From Eledone cirrhosa (Eukaryota), in assembly GCA_964016885.1 (NCBI GenBank), contig OZ024742.1:254262001-254326000 (forward strand): DNA of 64,000 nucleotides, given 5' to 3'. The notes below the pieces were generated by a model that was given only the letters and a program-made list of their open reading frames with translations, had not been told where the DNA came from and searched no databases. The position numbers and the translations under genes were made by a program. Each line of letters starts with the position of its first letter. Positions within the stretch are counted from its first letter, which is position 1. Below are positions 54,198 to 64,000 of the stretch, in pieces.

Positions 54198-54246
<49 letters not shown>

Positions 54247-54666
54247 GGGAAGAAGACACACATGGTGGATAGAAGGTCGAGAAATCGCTCCCGTAAGTTT
54301 TGATTTTTTAACATATTTAAATCAATTGTGAAATAACAATTCTTAGTAAAAATGTTGCATAAAACATCCAGCTTGAGTCCCAAAAAATTCGGATCCACAA
54401 TATATTGTTATATCGTTCAAATATTCAATTTTGTATTATACATTTTATATTCAAAATGAAAATGGTTATAAATGGAAGGAAACCCCCTCTGGCTACACTA
54501 TATAGAACAGCCAAATAACAGCAATTTCACCAACATCAGAAACTAGATACACCACCTACCCCATCACCCCCTCTGTGTACACTAAACACAACAGCCCGAT
54601 AACGGCAATTTCACCACCACCACCACCAATCTCAGCATAATAATAATAATTACTATTACTATTGCC

Positions 54667-55545
54667 TCAAGTTTTAGTTTTAACAAAATGTTTAATTCCA
54701 ATAATATGGGTAAATGTCAACACATACATGCGACTAACGATAATTTCACTAAAGATAATTTCACCACCACTACCACGATGAAAACTCTGGTCAAGTCGAC
54801 TCAAATTTCTACTCCAACTTCAACACCATCACTACAGTAATACGACCACATCACCACCACCGCTGCCTCACTATCGCTACCGCCGCTATTATCTCCCACT
54901 ACCTCCTGCTAGTTGCTGCTAGCACAGCACTGCCACCGGCGCCGCTGCCTCAATATCACTACCGCCGCTATTCTCTCCCGCTAGCCCCTGCTACATTGTA
55001 GAATTCTCACTAAAAGAGGGAAACATCGAAATATATAAATAGACTGAATTGATGACCCGATCAAAATAAAAATAAAAAAAAAACAATAATCAAAATCAAG
55101 TTTTAGTTTTAACAAAATGTTTAAATCCAATATTATGGGTAAATGTCAACACATATACGCGACTAACGATAATTTCACTAAAGATAATTTCACCACCAAT
55201 ACCACCACCACTACCACGATGAAAACTCTGGCCAAGTCGACTCAAATTTCTACTCCAACTTCAACACCATCACTACAGTAATACGGCCACATCACCACCA
55301 CCGCTTCCTCACTATCGCTACCGACGCTATTACCTCCCACTACCTCCCGATAGTTGCTGCTAGCACAGCACTGCCACCACCCCCACCGCCGCTGCCTCAG
55401 TATCACTACCGCCGCTATTCTCTCCCGCTATCCGCTGCTTCTACATTGTAGAATTCCCACTAAAAGAGGAAAACATCAAAATATATAAATAGACTGAATT
55501 GATGACCCGGTCAAAATAAAAAAAAACAACAAAAATCAAAATCAA
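54667..55545. repeat. Tandem duplication of a ~430-450-bp unit
   Basis: tcaagttttagttttaacaaaatg...gatgacccg.tcaaaataaaa at ~54667-55095 and ~55096-55545. Confidence 0.92.
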
Positions 55546-55844
55546 AGCAGCACAGCAACAACGAAAAACGTAAAGGAAATAAAAATGGAGAGAAAAACAA
55601 ACGGACGGACAGAGAAGGGAAAGGAAAAACTAAGTCAGACATCCAAACACTACATTACAATGAAACTTATGCTTATTTATTTTGGGGTTTTTTTCTGCCT
55701 GTTTGATTGTTTGTTTGTTTGGGTTCGTCTACAGCGTGATAATGCCACACAAAAGTCACGTGGAGTGACGAAACCACCGGAGACAAGTAATTCGTCGGTG
55801 GTTATGTAAACATACATTCGCCAATCCTCGATAAGAGTGTTTAA

Positions 55845-58800
55845 ATGTCGAACCTAAACAGTTCGAATAACGGTGAAATGGAAACTAGAATGTCATGTGA
55901 CAGACTCTCACCCAACAGGTGCTCCCTGGCTCAGCAGCAGGGACCTGGCTGTCAACCAAATACTGCTGGTGTCGGAGGAAGAAGAAAAAGGAAAGGGACC
56001 AGAACCAACTGGACGAAAGAATTGAATAGAACTGTTATGCAATGTTACCTGAAGAGTAACCCCAAGGAGAAAGGCTATAGGAAAAGGATGCATAACATCT
56101 AGAACGGGATTGGTCCATTTAAATTAGATGAACAAAACTGGCCGGGCATGCTCGGGTAATAAGAACTAATGGGTGGATAAGCGAGCTGGAACTGGAGGAA
56201 CTGGGCAGAGATATTAGCTTGGAGATGGAGGGTGGAGTATGTCAGGCAAACGAGCCAGTGGGAAATGAAGGTGAAGAGGTCGAGAGAACGGAGGAACCAC
56301 CCGAAACAGACAATGATCTGAATGCTGAGATAAATAATACCTGGAACAGAGATACGGCCACTGAGGAGATGAATGCTGACGGGCTAGGACAAGATTAGGT
56401 AGATATCCTAAACTTAGTGGTAGATGAATTGAAGAATGATAGTGGGAGACCTATGAACCTAAGATTTGTAAACAGGAAAAAGTTAAAAGAAACAACAGCT
56501 AAGGTAAACAAAGTCATCCCATACCTTGAGGCGAGGAGCCTTCACCAGTGCAACAATATCCTCAAAGCAACAGCAAATACGGTGAGGAAACTACTTGGTA
56601 TAAAAGCGAGAGGAAACAACGGACAAGAAAGAGCAGAGCCTTGGTGGAAGAAACGACTGAGTGGTCAAATCAGGGAAATGAGAAATGACATTGGAAAGCT
56701 TGAGTCCCTACTGAATGGGACACTAAAAAACATAGACACTAAAAATAGACTGGAAATAAAGTACAAAACTAGGAGGAAAAAGCTAAATATTATCATAGAG
56801 GAACTGAAGCAACGCATTGTAGCAAAAAGTGCAAAAATCAGGCGATACGAGAACAGAGTCAGCCAGTATAGACAGAACCGCATGTTCGACAGCAACGAGA
56901 AGATGCTGTTTGGACAGCTTGAAGGGAAAGAAAGAGGCAACGACTTGATCCCTGGGGCGGAACAAACTAAAACATTCTGGAGAGGAATATGGGAGCAGGA
57001 TGTTAAACATAATGACCAGGCAGTGTGGATTGAGACAGTACAGAAGGAGATCAGTGAACAGGCACGCCAACAAACTGATTTGAGTATCACAATTGAAACT
57101 CCTAAGGGGCAGGCCAAAAAACTAACCAACTGGAAATCACCTGGCCCAGATGGTGTGCAGGGGTATTGGATTAAAAACATAACATCCCTCCACCCGAAAC
57201 TGACAACCATGTTCAATGACTGCTTGATGTCAGGTGAGGTACCAGAGTGGTTGACAAAAGGTACCACAGTTCTGATAATGAAAGACCGAATCAAGGGTAA
57301 TCATGTTACCAACTATAGACCTATCACATGTCTGTCTGTAATGTGGAAACTGTTGACAAGCATTATGTCTGAGGAAATCTACCATCACCTCCACACAAAC
57401 AACTTGTTACCGGACGAACAGAAAGGATGCCGAAAGAAGTCACGTGGTACAAAGGACCAGTTACTTATTGATAAGATAGTAATGATGAATTGCAAGAGGA
57501 GACACACTGGTCTTGCCATGGGATGGATAGACTACAAAAAGGCATTTGACATGGTGCCTCATTCTTGGATCACCAAAAGCCTGGAGATCTTCAAGGTGGC
57601 AGATAACATCAGGCAGTTGTTGTGCAAAAGTATGAAGTCCTGGGAAACAGAGTTAACATCAACTGGAGAATCCTTGGGAAGCGTGAAGATCAAGAGAGGT
57701 ATCTTCCAGGGAGATAGTCTGTCCCCTCTGTTGTTTGTCTTTGCCCTGATGCATCTGACCAGTGTACTGCGAAAAGTGAGAGCAGGATACGGGTTGGGAA
57801 AGGGAGGGCTTACCATCAATCACCTCCTCTTCATGGGCGATCTTAAGCTCTTCGGGAAGAGTGAGAAGGAGTTGGATGTACTTGTTGACACTGTCCGTAT
57901 TTTCAGCAATGATATATGTATGCAATTTGGTATTAGTAAGTGTGGAGTCATTGTGATGAGGAGGGATAAGTTGAGCAGAAGTAACGGAATCCAGATACCA
58001 ACAGGTGAGATGATAAAAGAAATTGACTCTGAGGAAGGATACAAGTTTTTGGGCGTTCTGGAGGCTGATGACATCAAGAACAAAAAAATGAAGGAATTGA
58101 TAAGAACTGAATACCTTCGGAGAGTAAGGAGCGTATTAAAGTCACATCTGAACAGTAGGAATGCCATAAGTGCAGTAAATTCCCGAGCTGTGTCTATTAT
58201 TAGGTACAGTGCGGGAATTCTGAGATGGAATGTTGCTGAACAAAAAGAAATGGATAGGAAGACTAGGAAGCTATTGACTATCTACAATATGTTCTACAAG
58301 AGGAGTGATGTCGATAGACTCTACTTAAGGAGATCTGAGGGTGGAAGAGGTCTTATCAGCATAGAGGACTGTGTTCAGATAAAAAAAAAAAAATTTAAAC
58401 AAATACGTGACTGATAGTAAGGAGCCAATGCTCAGAGCTGCACTGAAGGAGGGGACAATAGGCCAGGGGATGTCCACGGAGTAAATAACATCAAGGAGAA
58501 AGAGCAGCCTTCAGGAAAAATCCCTTCATAGTACCTTCTTTGAGAAAACTGAATTTAGAGATCCACAGACATGGAACTGGTTGAAAAGAGGAGACCTTAA
58601 AAAGGCTACAGAAGGAATATTAATGGCTGCGCAGGAGCATGCCCTCAAAACGAAGTGGTTGAAACACCACATTTACAAGGAGGAGGCTAGCCCACTGTGC
58701 AGGATCTGTGGAGAGAGAGAGAGGAGACTGTGGCTCACATTGTATCCGAGTGTAAACACCTAGCCCAGACTTACTATAAGGGCTGGAGACATGATGTGAT

Positions 58801-59348
58801 GGGCAGGGTGATCCACTGGCACCTATGCAAAGTAAACAATTCACCACATTCTGAGAAGTGGTATGAGCATAAGCCAGAGGCGGTGATGGAAAACGATCAG
58901 GTGAAGGTGCTGTGGGATTTTAGGATACAGACGGACAAGAAACTGGAACACAATAGACCTGACCTGGTGGTTTTGGACAAAGAAAAAAGATCGTGCCTGA
59001 TTGTGGATGTGGCCTGCCCATTCGACACGAGATTGCAAGAGAAGGAGAGGGAGAAAATTAACCGATACCAGGACTTAAAGTGGGAGGTAAAAAGGATTTA
59101 GAACTGCCATGAAGTCAAAGTGATCCCGATTGTCATAGTCGCACTAGGGACTATCTCAAAAAGTTTCCAGGGATGGTTAAAGAAAATTGACCCCTTCACG
59201 CTTTTTGGAACGCTTCAAGAGGCATGCTTGCTGGGAACAGCAAGAACCCTCCGATACGTCCTGAATATCTGAGGCTGCAGGTAGTGGCTTAATATACATC
59301 TCAACAAACTTTCCAGTTAACTAACATCAATGACTGAGACTCAAAGAG
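55845..59348 (+). mobile_element. Near full-length Dong/R4 element (RT + CCHC + RLE), recently disabled
   Basis: N-terminal WTKELN..VMQCY..GYRKRM; 665-aa ORF 56417-58414; CRICGE..H..C; RHD; RPDLVV..IVDVACPFD..EK; (TAA)n tail 59349-59403. Confidence 0.95.
56417..58414 (+). pseudogene. Dong/R4 reverse transcriptase ORF segment
   Basis: NYRPITCL, QKG, DYKKAFD, GIFQGDSLSP, HLLFMGDLKL (first catalytic D of FMDD changed to G), YKFLG. Ends at an A-run frameshift. Confidence 0.92.
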
Positions 59349-59355
59349 TAATAAC

Positions 59356-59404
<49 letters not shown>

Positions 59405-59647
59405 TTTTCTTTATTAACCACAAGGGTTTACATAAAGTAGACATTAAGGACAGTACAGGACAATACAGGACGGTACAAATGGGCATTTCTGCGTGTAAAA
59501 AAAACGGAGGTTGAAATAAAATAACAAAGAAAAATTCCCCAATAGGGGGGAGACTTCGGAGGGACATTTGTGGAGAAAGCCCATTAAAAGACCACAGTGG
59601 CCCTGACCACCAGGGCAAGTGCCCTCTCCCAGTTTTCCACCTTTAAT

Positions 59648-62600
59648 TTACAGACACATACTCAGAGAAGGCCCATTCATTCGGGCCATACTTGCTTCTC
59701 TCACCCATCTTTCAACAAAATGCTGGGAAGAGAGCACTTCCCTCTCTACCCTGATTTTCCTTTTCAAATGAAATTTGAAAAAGTTAATCAGGGCATCACC
59801 GAAGAGGAAAGTGCTCGTCTTCAGCCCTTTCAAACGTGTCCACCATACTATCTCTTTCGCCATGGCCACCAGACAGATAAAAACTGCCTGCCCTTCCCGG
59901 CTAAAGGAAGGGGGCGGGGCAATCCTCACGATGGACTCAGCTGATAGCTGGATCCGTCCTACACGTGACAGCAGGTGTTCGACATAAACCCACAAGTCAG
60001 CAATACTCAGACACTGGACGAGTGCGGGCAGGACGGTTTCGTCGCCCTGCGCACATCTCGGGCATGCCCGGTCGACGGCACCTCCATGCCTGTCGAGTTT
60101 ATCCCGAACTGGCAAAGCTCCTCGGTAGCACTGCCAGGCCAGGGATTTCTGGAAGTTGTCCATAGGCCCCGGCCCGAAAGTCCTTCCGAAGAGATTGGCT
60201 AGTTGATTTTCGTCGACGCCTAGAGTTTCTCCAAGTACGTCGTCGCTCTTCCCCTCCACTAATCCCCTATAGAACGCCAAGGTGGAGTTTCCACCGATCA
60301 CATTGCCCGATTGGTCGAGGGTTGTGAGCGCCTGAAGACATTCCAGTCTCCAAGCGCTCCCTCTCGGTCTTCGCTTGACCCAGGACTGCAGCTCCGTCAA
60401 GGAAACGAGCTGGGGGAAAAACGTGTGTAGCAAACGGCGACCACACCTGATCACCGTCGAGGAAGAGGTGGAGATGTCGTAGCCTGAACGCGTGTCTGCG
60501 CATCATCAGCCACGGCATGCCCAGCCCTCCACGTAGCGGGTGTTGACAGCAGATGGACCGCCTGACCATCGGAGCGCGTCCCTTCCACAAGAAGCGAAAG
60601 AGCAAACGCTCCAGCGCAGTCAGGCGGGGCTTAGGACAAGGTACGACGGTCAGGCGGTAGTAGATGACGGACGCGATGTACGCGTTAGCCACCTCCGCTC
60701 GACCTTTCAGGGATAGCTTCCTCTCCGCCCATTTCTGGGTGAGAGAAGCCACCCTGCTCGTCACCTCGTCCCAGTTTTTGTCCGTCTGGAGGTCTGGACA
60801 GAACCAGACACCTAGCAATTTAACCGGTCCGTCTGTCCAGCGCCCGACGACGCTGTTGGACGGCATGGACCTGCCTCTCCAGGTGCTGAGCTGCAGGCCC
60901 ACTGACTTTTCCTGGTTGATCATTGCTCCTGTCACCGCTTCGTATTCTCTTAGTGTAGTGCCGATCGCCTCAATGTGTTTGGCGTTCGACACCACTACGG
61001 TGACATCGTCGGCATATGCTGACACGGATCTTCCGCATCCTAGTTCGCGCGGGATCCCCCTCAACGTCTCCAGCTTGTGCAGTAATGGCTCGAGAGTCAA
61101 TACGTACAATAGGGACGAGAGGGGACATCCTTGGCGGACCGAGCGCATGATGTTGAACGGTTCCGAAAGGTGACCGTTCACTCTCACTACAGAGCAGATG
61201 TCGCTGTGCATGGCAGCGATCCAGCCTCTGAAGACGGGCCCAAAGCCAGCCGCCCTCAGGACTGCCGCTAGGTAACGATGGTCGACCCTATCGAAGGCTT
61301 TCGACTGATCTAAATTGATCAAAGACCCACCCGTGCCAGGTTCCCTAGCTACCCTCTCTACGATGTATCGCATGAGGTGGAGGTTGTCGTGGATGGATCT
61401 GTCGGGAATGGCGCATGTCTGTGCCTCTCCCACCAGACCACCAACGACAAGCGCCAACCTCTTTGCTAGCACCTTGGCCAAAATCTTGAACTCTGTGTTT
61501 AGCAGTGTTATGGGCCTAAAATTATCTATGTTATCCCCCTTGTTCGGATCCTTTCTCGGCAGCGCCACCGCTCCTCGGCTCACAGAGCTGGGAATTCTCC
61601 CGTTCTGTTGCCAGTTGCAGTTGACGTCCGCCAAGAGGCCTCCGGACAAGTTTGGCATTTGTACGTAAAGTTCATAGGGCAGACCATCCAAACCAGGCGA
61701 TTTACCCCTTGTGCAACTAGTCATTGCATCCAGTACTTCAGCGGTTGTTATCGGCTTTTCGCAACACTCCGCCTCAGTGTCCGAAAGCCGCGGCAGTCCG
61801 TCGAGGTAGACACTAAAGTCCATCCCTCGATCCGGCCCGCCACTTCCCCCGAACAGTTGAGCGATGTGTCGCTGAAAAGCTTCACACATTTGCCCGGGAT
61901 CGAGTAGCATGCGCCCGTCGTGGTCCACCAAAGACCGGATCGTGGCTTTGTTTCCACGACGCGCCTCCGCCAATCGGGCCCATTGAACGGCTGTCGTCCC
62001 CTCGTGTCTGAGAGCACGCACCCTTGCTCTGACAACGCAGCCTTCGTGCTTTGCATTGAAGAATTGGTCAAGGGCCAATTTCGCCGCAAGTACGTCGGTC
62101 GCGATGCCTTTGCTAAGCGCCTCATCTAATTTTCTAACTAATTCTCCCTCTGCTCTATTTTTCTCTATTGCTAAAGTCTTACTAAACCTAATGGACTCTA
62201 TTCTAATTGCTCTTTTCAGAGCAAACCACCACTTGTTGTTGACGATGGCCCCCGTCAACGCCCGCTTAACTAGTTCGCTAATCCGGTCTCTGTAGGCCTT
62301 GCGCGCTGGTAAGGACGCGTTTAGCTTCCAGTAGCCGGGTCCTCGTCTATGAAGCCTATCTAAGTCAAGCACACAGATCACGAATTTGTGGTCCGTGTAG
62401 CTGACTATCTTGAATTGTGGACAGCCTATGCTAGACCTATCTATTTCCCTACAAAATACTCTATCTAGATATGATCTGGATGACCCTATGCGATTTGTCC
62501 AAGTCCACATTGGTACATTCGGGAAATCCATTCGGTACCTGTCAGACAGTTCAAAACGTCTGAGCAGGTTGGTGAGACTCTTGCACCCTCCTTCCCTATC

Positions 62601-63068
62601 CACTAATCCCACACAATCCCAGCGTGCATCTAAGATCCCGTTCCAGTCGCCCACTAACACTAAAGCGCGGGACGTTCCAAGAAAGGTCTCCAGACGCCGG
62701 AAGAAATCAGGCCGCCCTGCTCCTGTCGGGGCATAGACGGCCACTAACCTAAAAGCTTGCCCCTCTCCGCTGGTCACGTCCAGTACCACCAACTTACCTT
62801 CTGGGTCCAGGAAGATGGCCCGTATAGCAAGATCCAAACCTCTCCGAAAAAGCACAGCAACTCCACCCCCCGATCCCGGACGGCTGGGAGATGCGTACAC
62901 ATCGTAGCCGCCGAAGATTGGTGCGAAAGCCTGTGCTTCGGAGATTCTGGTCTGGCTGATGGCCACTACATCTATGTTTAGTGACCTGAGGTCGTTGAGC
63001 AGGTGGCCCTGCTTCCATGACGACCCCAAGCCACGCGCATTTATGCTGCCTATTCTGAGTGAGGTCAT
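59648..63068 (-). pseudogene. Tx1 ORF2 (APE endonuclease, RT, zf-RVT) with one frameshift near 60420
   Basis: SINARGL, VYAP, GDWN, YLDR, TDH, GYWKLN, KSPGLDGLP, NFRPITLLN, DQSKAFDRV, QGCPLS, AYADD; continues in 59648-60454 with CPRC..ET...C. Confidence 0.92.
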
Positions 63069-63102
63069 GTTGAAAAGGAGTGGAAGAGATGGGAAAGACC
63101 AC

Positions 63103-64000
63103 TTACCTTACTTCTCGTAGGGGAAGGACGGTTTTTCCATCCTTTTCACTGCTTGTGGCCTCCTCAGGAAGGATGTCCTTATAAATCCTCCTGGAGAGTG
63201 CTTGTCGGAAGTCTTCGATGTCTTTGGGGAATTTTTGTTTTAGTGTCATGTACGTTTTCTGTGTGATGCGAGTGATTTGTATGTGTGGAGGTGGTGTGAA
63301 TTTTGGGGTTGTTGTGTAGTCTTTTTCTGTGATGCTGGTGTTGTGTTGGATGTAGTGTAATAATTGCTTGTTCAAATTTAATGCTGTGTAGTGTGTATCG
63401 TTTTGGTTGTTTTGTTTTGTTTGCGTTTGTTGTGGGTTTGTTTCTGTTTCGCATTTTGGTGACTTTTGTGGTGTAGGTGATGGTGGTGTTGGGGTTAATG
63501 ATGGTGATGGTGTTGGTGTTTGTGTTGATGGAGTTGGTGATGCTGGTGTGGATGGTGGCATATCTGTCCTAACTTTTTTGTTTCTTAATTTATTTGTTTC
63601 CCTCTGTATTTTGTTTTTGGAGGGGGAAGGAAGGGAATTTTTTTTTGTTTCTTTTTCTTTTTTTCTTTTTTCCTGATACCGTTTCCCACTCCTCGTCGTC
63701 ACAATTTGACTCCAGTTGCGATAGGTCGGGGAGTGGAAAATCCTCCACAGGCGTTGGTTTTGGTTGTGGCGTGGAGGATGGTGTAGGCGCTGGTGCTAGT
63801 TCTGGCGCGTTCGGTGGTGGTGGTGTTGGTTTTCCTACTGTTGCTGGGGTTGTTGCTGTTCCAGTTGCTTCTGTTTGTGCTGCCATTTCTGCTGCTGGTG
63901 GTGTTGATGGTTGAATCACTGGGGTGGGTAAGAGAGATGGCCTCAACCTTTTAGCCTGAGGGCAGAAAGCCCTTAGGTGGGTTCCTTCACCACAAACGGC
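63103..64000 (-). pseudogene. Tx1 ORF1 C-terminal region (Pro/Thr-rich), frameshifted
   Basis: Overlapping ORFs 63590-63946 and 63103-63702 directly upstream of ORF2; EEWETVSGKKKKRK motif. Confidence 0.7.

Larger units (their letters stand above)
59404..64000 (-). mobile_element. Tx1-clade (L1 group) LINE, nearly intact, running off the window
   Basis: ORF2 APE+RT, ORF1 C-terminus, AATAAA at 59410-59415 (minus) followed by (ATT)n. Confidence 0.95.

Noticed and set aside
56665-62981. Antisense and alternative-frame ORFs over Dong and Tx1
   Set aside because: Shadow ORFs of the retroelement coding strands with no independent motifs.

Overview
This is a eukaryotic, AT-rich, repeat-saturated window with no intact host gene recognisable. 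The repeat set suggests an octopus/coleoid cephalopod genome (inference): dense (TA)n/(CA)n/(TAA)n/(TGA)n microsatellites, tRNA-derived CORE- and Meta-type SINEs, and RTE, Dong/R4 and Tx1 LINEs. It holds a near full-length RTE carrying a PHD finger (17.0-20.3 kb) and a decayed BovB-like RTE (2.8-5.3 kb). A Penelope-like fragment is split by a young non-coding LTR element (11.45-14.52 kb), and a mariner fossil is split by a chimeric Helitron (24-26 kb). A ~14-kb same-strand pile-up of Dong/R4 elements runs from 45.3 to 59.35 kb, followed by a nearly intact Tx1 (59.4-64 kb, minus). Two signals stand out. (1) A young SINE family shares its 3' end and an ATTATT target preference with the Tx1, suggesting a target-specific SINE/Tx1 pair. 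(2) Short fold-back elements in (TA)n carry hammerhead ribozyme motifs, including one near-complete type I hammerhead (9182-9282) and a family in which the catalytic strand appears replaced by an inverted copy of stem III. All family calls come from motif recognition by eye; no searches were run.
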